Positions 12,771-24,415 of a stretch of 64,000 nucleotides of DNA are shown in pieces (the first letter of the stretch is position 1; each line of letters begins with the position of its first letter). The DNA comes from Paraphysomonas bandaiensis (lineage: Eukaryota; Protista; Chrysophyceae), in contig CBFFRP010000433.1 in NCBI GenBank assembly GCA_965644295.1, positions 124,001-188,000 on the forward strand, in the 5' to 3' direction. The position numbers were made by a program, and so were the translations under genes. Below the pieces are notes generated by a model. It did no database searches, had not been told where the DNA came from, and worked only from the letters and a program-made list of their open reading frames with translations.

Positions 12771-13832
12771 TTACAAAACAAAATCAATATCCCTTTGCGA
12801 CGCAGGTTCCTGTGAAGGTGAAGGAATTACCATCCTTCTAGACGAACGGTGCAGCATTTTCCGAAGCACAGAAAGAACGCTTTCAACCTGTGGTCCATTC
12901 TCGGGGTCAGGAGTCGGTCGGAACCGGCTAGAATGCGAATTACTTGTAGGGGTCCCTTGACTGCGACATTGCGTGGATAGATCGTCTCGAGCAATCTTCC
13001 CAAAATTTTCCACCGCCTTAGAACCAGATGAGGTACTGAAATTTATATCAGCTGATCGCACGAAACAACTCTCCATGCCTCCAAGAAGCCAGTTCATCAC
13101 AAGAACGTTAATGAACACATCACAAACACAATAAAATAAACACTCGTGGCCTCGAAGCTTCCCATGAGACAAGTATATAGAAAGAATGTTGATAAATGAA
13201 CTGACAGTTGATATGACCGCACCTGTCAAATTTTTCTGTGCATATTTGGTCATGGAATTGGATTTCATACTGGGATTCGTGAATAGAGGATATAGAAAGA
13301 GAGCCACCATGTAGACACTGAATACAGTATCATACACAAGTAGAGTCATTGAACTTTCATCTAACAGGCCAATCAAACAGTGTCCATTGTCATCGATTTC
13401 CCCAATTCGATATATTATCATTAGTATTAAAACACCAACATACGGAAGCAACAGCAGGATATTCAGTTTATACAATGTGGAGTCCGCTCTTTTTATTTTC
13501 GGGCAGTTGACTATATGTGACCTCTCTAACAAAAACAAGTATATCTGAACCTTGCTAGTTGCATAGAGTAATATACAGAGAAATATGGATACTTCACAGG
13601 CCGTTCTTTTTGGTTTCTGAGTCAAGACAATAAATATCAGCGATGTGAGCGTATACAACACTGAAGTAACAATACTGGATATGCCAATGTACTCTATAAA
13701 ACCTATTTCACGCCCTGACATTTGCTTGACTTGAGAGTAAGCGATTCTAAATAGCAGTATCCATACTTCTATTACTAACAGCACACTGCATACAGCAACA
13801 AACACAATCACAGTATCTGACAACTCGCTCAT
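12771..13832 (-). CDS. Intronless 7-TM GPCR-like membrane protein
   Basis: 353-aa ORF with seven hydrophobic segments, YATSKVQIYLFLLER and CLIGL...LLVYD motifs, and a Ser-rich cytosolic tail. Confidence 0.8.
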   Translation of the reverse strand: MSELSDTVIVFVAVCSVLLVIEVWILLFRIAYSQVKQMSGREIGFIEYIGISSIVTSVLYTLTSLIFIVLTQKPKRTACEVSIFLCILLYATSKVQIYLFLLERSHIVNCPKIKRADSTLYKLNILLLLPYVGVLILMIIYRIGEIDDNGHCLIGLLDESSMTLLVYDTVFSVYMVALFLYPLFTNPSMKSNSMTKYAQKNLTGAVISTVSSFINILSIYLSHGKLRGHECLFYCVCDVFINVLVMNWLLGGMESCFVRSADINFSTSSGSKAVENFGKIARDDLSTQCRSQGTPTSNSHSSRFRPTPDPENGPQVESVLSVLRKMLHRSSRRMVIPSPSQEPASQRDIDFVL

Positions 13833-14859
13833 TATATCACACCAAAGATACGTAACCCATATTCAAATCAATAAACTATTCAATAATTATGATAGTTAGA
13901 ACTTAATTGTCTCTGTGTATTGTATTCTATTATAACAAGTGTAATGGGGTCGATATTACCTTGTCTAGTACGTAGGAAGAGCAGCCCTATATAGCAGTAG
14001 TACCAGGCAAGAGTTCATAGAGGAACGTCAAGTCCGACGACCAACAGTTGCCAAGAAACCTGGAGTTTACAACGAAATGCAACACGCAAACCAGGATTTT
14101 AGGATTTTCTGGAGTTTTATAAAGATTTACTCTGTATTCCTCATGAATTCCACATGGGTTCCTCAACGGTCAAATGGCTCAAATCCAGCCAAGAGGAAAT
14201 GTATGCATAGTTATGCCAAGATATTATGGCTTGGTAAGTGGGAACGTAATTTTAAACTGATTGTGCAAATCAGGGCTAAGGAACAATATATTGATTGGTC
14301 GATCTGCAAAGGAATCCATCTATATTGTTGTATAGTTAAGTTGTATAGTTTTTTCATGGAATGGATATTGCATGCATGTACATCTAGTATAGCAAATGGT
14401 AATAGTAATCAACCACTCGCTAAAGAGCATCTCATAGGAGTTTTTTCACGTGGTGATGTACCAGGTGTAGCCAGTTCATTTCTGTAAGCAGTCAACGAAT
14501 TATGACAATTTAGTACCAATTCAAACTACTATATCATAATGGCTATAATTTTGAAAGCTATCAGCTCAGCTTACAAAATATACTAAAGGATGTTTATGTC
14601 ATATATGTAACATAACACAGAGAGCGCAATTGTTAGCCCTTCTATGATGAATATGAGGATGGATGATTAATGGGGACTTACGTTCAAGAGAACATTAGAT
14701 AGGTAGATTACAGTGCTTTAAACATTAAACAATACTCCTTCGAAGGGGTTAGCTAGTTAATACAACGACATTACAGCGCTGCAGTGTCACGTAAACTGAG
14801 CTATACTAGATTTATTACAAAGTTAGACATTTGTTTATTACACTTATTTTGAAATAACT

Positions 14860-16535
14860 CTACAGCTCCCCTTTATTACTGCCACCACTTAACTTTTCCT
14901 GAATGCGTTTCGAAACCCTATCGAACCAATCGACAATATCAGTACTTGCCTTGGAGTATTTATTCATCAGGCCTTCCAGCTGTAAGAGCCTGTTGTCGTC
15001 CGCTTCTTCCCACTGCATATAGGCAACATCAATCCAGTCATCATGCCCAGAGGAATCAGAAGACGGGGTAAGTGTGAGTTCTGCTCTATTTCCTGAGGAG
15101 ATAGATGCCTTGACCTTCTCTGCACACGGAAGGGGGATCATAACAGATGGTATGCCTACATACCCCATTACTGGGTGCAGTCCACCTAGCCTCTGCATTG
15201 CGTTATCATCAGTGTCATAAACTACCATCAGCCGTGCTCCAGTCTCTTGAACAGCCAAGGCCTTCTCATCGAAACGGCATCCTCCCCGTGGAACCAACAA
15301 CGCCCCACCCTTGGCGTTGATACTCGAGAGACCTCCGATACAAGCGTCGCCAGCGGAAGGATCTGCGAGAGATGCAAGGTCTGATACAGGCATAGCAGAA
15401 ATCGGCAGAAGCCCCCCGTAAGTTGACGTGAGGAAATCACATTCCAGGGTGTTCCCCGCAGATAAATCCAAACGAGCTCGACCCCATGTAATCTCCGTCT
15501 GAAAAGCCTTTTCCTCTTCCAACAACGGTAGACATTTACCTCCTTTACCACATTTTAGTGGTACTGCATGCGCGATCAGGGGTCCATTTTCTGCCGAAGT
15601 TAGGAGGGGAGCCAAGGAGGTATTTGCAAGAGTGATTACAGCGAAATCTTGAATCGGTTCAACCATACTGGGCGTAACAGATTCATCGATACCTAAACCT
15701 GACGCAACTGCCTCTACCTTGTCTTCTGTATTTACGATAGCTAGTACAGCTGCCCCATTGGCTTTCGCGATACGAGACTTTTCGAGGAAGGTACATTCGC
15801 CCCTGACAGTGAGCACCATCTTGTTAGTGTATACAGAAGGGTCGGAAGGTGCACTGCATCCATCTAGAGGACTAGCCATGACAAGATCATGAGGACCTTT
15901 TGGGGGTACAACACCAAATGAAGCCGACATATACTGTAATAAACGTTTACGTTTGCTCATGATGCACGCAATACAATTCAGTAGTAATAATATATGAGTC
16001 GTTGAGACCACAACAACATTTACCAGTACATATATTACTTACTTCAAAACTTTGAACGAATCCTGGAAAATAGACCCGCCCGGTTCGGTGTTTAGCTCTC
16101 TCGTCAACCACGTCATCTTTCACGTCATCAGGCACAGTAGCTATGGCCAAGAGCTCCACAGCTCTCGTTTTCAAACGCTCGATTTCCGTTTCCGCCTCAT
16201 CTCCCCATTCAATCAGCTACAAAAATATACAAAATCAATAATATGAATGTGTAAATAGTATATGGCACCATCATCTGATAGTCCATTCGTGTTAATCGAA
16301 GAAGATTACGTGTTTCAGTAATACCCATCTTAATCAAAGAGTCTCTCCTATGCTGAATATTTAGCTCCGCCAATATATCATCGAATGCAGGAACAAGATC
16401 AGTGTTTAGTTTCGGCATAGGTGTCTTATGAGTGTCTTTCTTGACCTTCGGGTATCTTGATTTCTTAGCATTAACAGGAAGTATAAACAGAGTAGCTGCT
16501 AATAACAGTATCCCATACACTCTAATGATTCTCAT
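14860..16535 (-). CDS. ER-luminal protein with two PA (protease-associated) domains
   Basis: Signal peptide MRIIRVYGILLLAATLFILPVNA; exons 16535-16269, 16216-16043, 15933-14860; PA signatures RGECTFLEKSRIAKANGA and RGGCRFDEKALAVQETGA; ends KGEL. Confidence 0.85.
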
Positions 16536-16734
16536 TTTAATAGTTATATAATTAGAATATATATGCCTTTATTTGTTCATGAAGTTGTGTAGTGTATAGT
16601 TGCATGCAAGTCTACTGGCACTTTAAGTATGATATTGTGAGAAAGGACTCTGTGTATGTGTACTGCTGTAGACTGCTATGGAACCGTTTTTGATAGATTC
16701 CATATGTAAAATACTACAAAGATAATACAGTGTA

Positions 16735-16885
16735 TACTTTGGCAGTCAGCATCTTATTTTTCGGAAATATATTGAAGCAAATATTTTCTATATTACTGAT
16801 ATACAACTACGGCTGGAATACAGATAATTGTTGTCTCAATATTAGAGGCATCTCTGAACAAAAATATACAAAGGATGCTGATACG
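16735..16885 (+). mobile_element. MITE-like promoter repeat, copy 2
   Basis: ggcagtcagcatcttatttttcggaaat...ctcaatattagaggcatc...ggatgctgatacg; lies between the divergent starts at 16535 and 17040. Confidence 0.85.
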
Positions 16886-17039
16886 CCCAGTTTCTATACA
16901 CATGGCGTATATATATGTACACAGTATGGATGGTATGATGAGGGTGGCTGAATGTTATCTAGCATAATAGTACACAACAGTTGATCAAAGGGATATTGGG
17001 CGTTGGGTAAACTATAACTTGTCACTTTACATTTCTGTG

Positions 17040-17557
17040 ATGGCTGTCATTGTTCCCAGAAATTTTAAGCTCCTCGAAGAGGTTTTTTCTAATAATTCAT
17101 TGTGTATATAGAACTAACATATACATCTATAGCTGGAGGCTAGTGAGAAAGGGACGGGTGATATGAGCATTAGCATGGGGCTCGTAGATCCTGATGACAT
17201 TTTACTTACAGAGTGGAATGCATCGATTCTAGGACCGGCGATGGTAAGATCTGTATTGTTGTGACCTGTATTATGATTCTAATGCTGTACCAGACTCCTT
17301 TCGATGGCCAGCTTTACGAATTGAGAGTTACCTGTGGACCTAACTATCCTAATCAACCCCCTGTAGTTCGTTTTGTTACTCGTATTAATCTGAGTTGTGT
17401 AGACCAGAGAACTGGCATGGTGACCTCCGATTTACCAGCCATTTCCAACTGGCATAGAAACATGACCATTGAGGACGTGCTTCTTGGAATTAAGAGCACA
17501 ATGACTTCGCCTCAGAATCGCCGACTTCCACAACCTGCTGAAGGCACTATGTTTTAG
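17040..17557 (+). CDS. MMS2: Ubiquitin-conjugating enzyme E2 variant (UEV1/MMS2)
   Basis: [31 protein letters not shown]...WNASILGP...[16 protein letters not shown]...[11 protein letters not shown] across two introns. Confidence 0.95.
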
Positions 17558-17907
17558 TACTTTGATTACAGAGTTCATACTTACATTGTTTCGTAATTAT
17601 TATTCTGTGATATATAATATCAGGGCCTCCACATAGCAGTCGTTGTAATGAATATATTAATAGTTTGACACTTTTCAAACGCAATATATGCTTTTTCTAA
17701 CTTGGAAGCTGTAATCGTGACAATTAGCTCTACTGGAGCAATATGCGGAAATTATATACAACTATATCGTATCCCCATTTTATCTGGTAATATACATATA
17801 TGTCCTACTAAATTTAACCAACCTTCCTACTAAACTATGAGTGAAAGTCTTATTATTAGCAGTAGGCATCAAGAATCGACACCAGATAAGTAGCTAGATG
17901 AAGACTA

Positions 17908-18082
17908 CCAAAATAGAAAATGTCATTTGTTCCTACGAAACCTTGTGGACGTTGCTATTAAGTTAAAAATGAAAGCTGACTCCACTAAGTTAAGAATTCT
18001 ATTCTATTCCACTAAAGGCATTTTTAGTTTAGGTTAAATACCTTCAGATTTTAGTAGAAACAAATGGCACCTTTTAGTTTGG
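17908..18082. repeat. Imperfect ~29-bp inverted repeat enclosing ~120 bp (old MITE/foldback)
   Basis: ccaaaatagaaaatgtcatttgttcctac (17908-17936) versus gtagaaacaaatggcaccttttagtttgg (18054-18082). Confidence 0.55.
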
Positions 18083-19265
18083 GAATAAATAGAAATTTTG
18101 AGCGCTAGACGATGTAGCCTCCTTATAGCTTAGGCTAAACGTTTGCGTTCTAAATATAACTACAGTCTTTTCTCTTGTCGTGTTTAATTATCTTCAAATA
18201 TTCTTTGTATTATAGTACTCTCTTCATTCTTCATTGTACTATATAAATACGTACCGCGAAGTAGGATTTATAAAGTTCTAGTACGTGTAGTAAATTTTAT
18301 TTTGTAGTTATCAAATATAGATCACAACGGGTGGAAACCGTTTTTCTTGTAGCAACAACGCGCAGTTTTATAAAATCAAGGGTCTGAATCGTAACAGGTA
18401 CTCTAGGTAACACTTAAGATTACTGTGTCATATCTTTTCCTCCTTATATTCCAAATTTTAGAACTAATGAGATGAATATATTAGCAGCAACATACGAATG
18501 ATGTTTGTTAACAGTAAATAAAACTGTGTTCAAAAGTACACGTGAATTCACCTTTGCATCCATCGAAGTAAAGTGTAAAGAAAAGTGATGCTTTATTTCA
18601 TGAAAGTAGACCTGATATGTGATCTTGATCGTTGTGAATGAGTAAGTGATCTCACGTGGTGGAGACCAAAGTAGGACTTCCAGTCACACGGAAATGATAT
18701 AGAAATATTCTAACTAAATATTGCTCATAAAACTAGAGGGAGCATATTATGCTATTCACAAACGACAGGTGCTTGACACTGTTGCATAGTACAGTTTATA
18801 ACATAAAACATACCCTACTTCTTACCCTCATCTTATGTTAGATGGAAACGTAGTTGTCAGCTAAGTTCACAACCTTTCAAGGAATCATTACAGCTCTGGT
18901 TCACTGGCACTGGTACGGTCCCCCAGTTAACATTAAGATCTTTGCATAGATACAGCTGGCAGCAGTTGATACTCCACGTATTTTACAATATACCGGTATT
19001 CTACATACAGTACAGTATGTATATATATACAACTACTGTAGGAATTTCTGCACTACTGGATAAAAATGCCTTTTTTTTGTAATATTTCTCTGGTTTTTGG
19101 ACAATAAAACCTGTGATTTTGTATTCTATTATATACTCTTGTACAATACAATACCTACATGCTACATACTGCTGTGCATACGAGTATAGACTGGTATCGT
19201 CCCACTATTACAGTCAACACTGGGTTGATTCTATATCTGAATCTTCCAACAATCTTATAATTGAA

Positions 19266-20655
19266 ATGTCATCTGAACGTATTCGTGAATGGATTAAATC
19301 TGTCCCTTTTGCAACTGTTATTTTGCTTCTGCTGAATATCAGTATTCATATATGTGTATTTTTGCTGTCTACTGATATTGGCAAATTAGCTATAAGTCCT
19401 GTAAAGGTTATATATGACCTTCAGGTGTATCGGTTAGTATCAGCTGCTTTTATTCATGGAGGAGCACTGCATATTATGATGAATATGATGTCTCTATTGC
19501 AACTGGGAGGTTCTCTGGAAGCTCAATTTGGGACAATACAGTTTATTTTTCTGACTATGTGGGCAGTGCTTCTTACTAATGTGTTGTATGTATCGATCAG
19601 TTGGTAAGGAGATGGATACCTGATATATTTTTAAACGTATAATGTTTTCCACAGGGTTGCTGCTTATGCTCTTAGCGACCAGTCTTGGATGATCCGCCCA
19701 GCTGTAGGGTACTCAGGGGTACGGCCCCACAACTGTTTCTTAACGTATATATATGTAATAAGTCTACCAGGTTCTCTTTGCCTATGCTCTAATAGAATGC
19801 TATCACGCAACTGCAACATCAAGATCTCTATTTGGAATTATTAACGTACCCGCTAGACTCTACCCTTGGATGTTGCTTGTCGTTATACAGGTATATCCTA
19901 CCTTATAAGTTCCTTTTTTGGACTTCTTGACATGCTATTTACCCGAATAAGTGCCGTGTATATCGTGGCATCATTGCTCTGTATGCAGTAACTTTCATAT
20001 TAATTGGTGTGGCATATCGCCATATGTGGCAGGTGGTGATGCCCAATATATCTTTTCTAGGACACTTGAGCGGAATCTTTGTTGGCCTTATGGCTGCATC
20101 GGGAGTCATGGACTATATTTTACCTTCTTATGGTACGTAGGAATAGTTGGCTGACTGATGCTTATTGTCATCACCATTTTCGTTACTTTAATATTTGTTA
20201 TGTCAAAGTACAAGTGATAACGTAATAACATGTGGTTACAACGTTGTGTTATAGAAATGTACCGAGATATTGAGCAGTCGCCAGTGTGCGCTTTTCCTTA
20301 TAGCTGCTCGAATTTTGTGCTGTCCGTAGACCGCGGGTTTGCTACCAGCGATTCATCTGGACGTGGCGCATTTCGAGTTTTGAGTGACACTATTGTGTGG
20401 GGTTTGACTCAAGTATGGTACATTATATCAACTGTACTTTATATTGTCGGGTGCCCCGTGGAACCTGCGATTTCATATTTGTCAAACCTGTGGACCTCTG
20501 CTGGCCGCCATATGTCTCATGGGATTGCATCAGTACGCCAAAGTTTAAGTGGAGGTGATACTGCCACACGAGGTGTTTACGCAGCTGTTGATACCAGACA
20601 GCCTAGCCCAGGCAGTAGGGATGTTGAATTAGGCAGTAGGGGAATCGAATTATGA
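19266..20655 (+). CDS. Rhomboid-family intramembrane serine protease (RHBDD1/RBL15-like)
   Basis: YRLVSAAFIHGGALHIMMNM, catalytic AVGYSG, ISFLGHLSGI; exons joined by GT-AG introns. Confidence 0.9.
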
Positions 20656-21756
20656 ATTGTTTATATTTTTGAGTTAGTATGCAATATTGTAAAAATGTAT
20701 ATTGTGTTGTATTGCTACTGCGATATCTCTACGAGATACTGTCCGTAATTAATATAGCCCGAATGGACGTAAATATGTGGAATATATCTAGAGTTAGCCA
20801 AGTACAGTACATAAATTACGAGTGAATATTTACAACAGTTGATTGAACAAAAACAAGATACGTTTCATTTATGTGAGTTTCGTAGTCTAATGGGTGAGGG
20901 GTAAAACTAAGAATAGATACTCAATTCGTCTAATGATGTATTATTATGTGGAATGTGGAGAAGTCCTACGTACAGTTTACAAATATGTTCTTTACTTCAT
21001 TTTAACTTTGCCAGTGATAGCAATCTCGGAGTCTTTCCAATACGAAACATACAATACCTATACACTCTAAAATATGGTCACTGGTAATCACAATAGAGTT
21101 CACTGCAAGAATTACATTTTATAGAGGTTTGTAAGCTATACCATCATTGGAAAAACACCCTCGCCAGTGATAGCGTCGTTGCCTTATTGAATTGCCCTCA
21201 ATAGAATCACATCATCAGTCACCTAGCAGTGTATACCTGATGATGCATTCCATTCCGACATCTATCACCAAGATATTGCACTGATTCTAAGCAGTTACTC
21301 ACCAACTCTTGGCTGACCATATAGATGACACTCAAATTCTGTGAGAGCCACACTCCTTAATAATAGATATCAGCTCTATTCTGCTGTAGATATCTAGATA
21401 TTTAGACATTCAAATAAGATTTTTCGGGTTTTGGGGATATTTTTAGAGATTTCTGCACTCTACACTCTGCTCTATATATGTACAATACAGGCAGCAGAGT
21501 ACAAGTACAAGTCTGTTTATCCCAATATGGAATCGTCCACAGCAGTATCTCTGTACTTGTACACTCTGTACGTGTGGTGTACGTACATACAGTACAGCAG
21601 TATATATAGGCGTAAAAAAAGGAATCTTGCCATAAGGATTGAATCTGCTGTGTCCAGCAGTTGCTGTTGCATCAAGACAATCATATAGCTATATATATTT
21701 ACTATATCAACACAACTGCAGCAAACTATTAAAATCGTAATTGCATAATCTCGATC

Positions 21757-22362
21757 ATGATCTACTCTATCTTTAATGTTCTAGCTCTTCTTGCAACTGC
21801 AATGGCAGGAGGCCTCACAGTGACGCAAACTGGTGGGCCCACGGATTGTGCGGAGAAGACCGCCCCTGGACATCACTTAAGCATGCACTACACTGGAACT
21901 ATTGATGAATCTTCTGCGACTGGAATTCCTGGTAAACAATTTGATTCGTCTATTCCACGTGGGAAAACATTCGATTTCAATCTTGGTGGCGGTCAAGTGA
22001 TCAAGGGTTGGGAGGAAGGTCTTGTGGGGTTATGCAAAGGAGCCAAGGCCACATTAATCATACCTCCTGAGATGGGATACGGTGCCAGAGGAGCAGGAAA
22101 TGATATTCCTGGTGGTGCAACACTGCGGTTTGATGTTGAGGTTGTTGATTTTGGTGAAGGTCCTCCTCAGCGAAATCTCTTCAAGGAATTGGATACCAAT
22201 GCAGACGGTAAATTAACCCAAGAAGAAATTCTTGCTTTCTTCGTTTCTCAAGGAAAGAATGAGTTACCTGATGGATTATGGGAGCATGAAGACAAAGACA
22301 AGGACGGCTTTGTTTCTTGGGAAGAGTTTAGTGGACCTAAAGGTACCAAGGAGGAGCTGTAA
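21757..22362 (+). CDS. ER FKBP-type peptidyl-prolyl isomerase with two EF-hands (FKBP7/14-like)
   Basis: Signal peptide, MHYTG...FDSS...QVIKGWEEG...IPPEMGYG...IPGGATLRFDVEV, EF-hands DTNADGKLTQEE and DKDKDGFVSWEE, ends KEEL. Confidence 0.95.
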   Translation: MIYSIFNVLALLATAMAGGLTVTQTGGPTDCAEKTAPGHHLSMHYTGTIDESSATGIPGKQFDSSIPRGKTFDFNLGGGQVIKGWEEGLVGLCKGAKATLIIPPEMGYGARGAGNDIPGGATLRFDVEVVDFGEGPPQRNLFKELDTNADGKLTQEEILAFFVSQGKNELPDGLWEHEDKDKDGFVSWEEFSGPKGTKEEL

Positions 22363-22691
22363 TTACTTCGAATTCGTCGAGCTAGGAAAGGATTTCATTG
22401 TTGACCTGAAAGTCTATATTTGTAATATTGTTTTTACTCAATTTAGTTGATCATGTTAATGAATTTTTCCTTAGAAGCTGGAATTATAAATACTCTTTAC
22501 GGAATTCTACTATGTATTTGTATCTTCTCTCTAGTAAGTTCGTGACTTAAACACAATGAACCACTATGCTACTAGTTAGCCTGCTTTGTCTGTGTATACA
22601 GTGAACTTTATAGGCACAATGCACAGAAAATATTTCCTGTCAAAAATATGAAATGAGATATTCTGCACTCATGTAACATGATGTCGTATAC

Positions 22692-24193
22692 CAGGGCTAG
22701 GAAACAATTATTGCAATACTATTGTTAGAGACCGTTCCAACAATAGTATTGATGGAGATTTTAAACAGGCCCAACAATACAATTACAATATATTGCAATA
22801 TATTGTACAATGTATTGCAATATATTAGTATGACTAATCGATAAGTAAACACATCGGTAGATTCCATTTTTAGTGTTAGTCCTCATTAAGATCACATGAC
22901 AACCAAACCAACTACTGCTTATAGCTAATAAAAATCCACCTCGTCCTCATCCTCTGAGCCAGGGCTAGGAAACAATATATTGAATTGCAATACATTGTAC
23001 AATATATTGCAATATATTGTAAAATATATTGATTGGTCGACCGGCCAAAAATCCCATAAATACATAAATACTGTTTCTTTTAAAGTAGCTCACAATATAT
23101 TGCGATCAATATTATGATAGTCATATCAGAGAAGATTCTCAACTGAAGGGTGCAAAATGGATATAAATAACCGAGAAATTGATTACAACATTACAGAGGA
23201 TGATGAAGCTGATGCTGACTATGCGACTAAAAATCTTCAGTCAAAAAATTAAGAAACTTACAGGTCCACGAGTCATTAACGGTTACCAGGCCCTGGTATG
23301 TACTTCCAATACATGGGAACGTCTGTTCAGCGCAGCTAAACCTATTATATCAGTGTTGCGCAAATGTATCCATCCTACTTAATATGCTGTTGTTTCTGAA
23401 AGCTATTCGATGATAGCATATTTCGATAAATACTGTGGATGAATATGGTGATGTTGACTTCACCAATGATGGCTCAGAGGATGAGGACAAGGTGGATTTT
23501 TATTAGCTATAAGCAGTAGTTGGTTTGGTTGTCATGTGATCTTAATGAGGACTAACACTAAAAATGGAATCTACCGATGTGTTTACTTACCGATTAGTCA
23601 TACTAATATATTGCAATACATTATACAATATATTGCAGTATATTGTAATTGTATTGTTGGGCCTGTTTAAAATCTCCATCAATACTATTGTTGGAACGCT
23701 CTCTAACAATAGTATTGCAATATATTGTTTCCTAGCCCTGCTCTGAGCCATCATCGGTGACGTCAACATCACCATATTCATTAACAGAATTAATTGAAGT
23801 ATGCTAGTATCCGGCCATAACTGTCGAATAGCTTTCAGAAACAACAGCATATTAACTAGGATAGATACCTTTGCGGAACACTGATATAATAGGTTTAGCT
23901 GTGCTGAACAGACGTTCCCATGTATTGGAAGTACATACCAGGGCCTGGTAACCATCTTAATTTTTTGAGCTGACTGAAGATTTTTAGTCGCATAGTCAGC
24001 ATCAGCTTCATCATCCTCTGTAATGTTGTAATCAATTTCTCGGTTATTTATATCCATTTTGCACCCTTCAGTTGAGAATCTTCTCTGATATGACTATCAT
24101 AATATTGATCGCAATATATTGTGAGCTACTTTAACAGAAACAGTATATATAGGATTTTTGTCCGGTCGACCAATATATTGCTTCCTAGCCCTG
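22692..24193 (-). mobile_element. Non-autonomous hAT element, copy B (interrupted by copy C)
   Basis: TIR cagggctaggaaacaat / attgcttcctagccctg; 8-bp TSD tcgtatac at 22684-22691 and 24194-24201; colinear with copy A. Confidence 0.92.
22960..23740 (+). mobile_element. Non-autonomous hAT element, copy C, nested in opposite orientation inside copy B
   Basis: TIR cagggctaggaaacaatatattg / caatatattgtttcctagccctg; 8-bp TSD ctctgagc at 22952-22959 and 23741-23748; remnant ALVCTSNTWERLFSAAK. Confidence 0.92.
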
Positions 24194-24415
24194 TCGTATA
24201 CTACACTACTATACACTGTATCTACATTAAGTTTTATCTGCTGCATACTTCACTTAATGCTTACATTAATGCACAAAAGATTAAAATTTATTAATTACAG
24301 TGTACATTCTATGATATACAAACAGGAGTACGTTCTATATGTGAAAAGTGAAACTGATGATACGTTGATACCACTAACACTTGCAGTACATCTAGTTACA
24401 ATGACTTCGATACAA

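Noticed and set aside
21290-21340. LYGQPRVG on the minus strand, like lipase class 3
   Set aside because: Eight residues only, with no GHSLG motif or extendable frame
23179-24057. ORFs inside the hAT elements as functional genes
   Set aside because: Frameshifted deletion remnants lacking the DDE core
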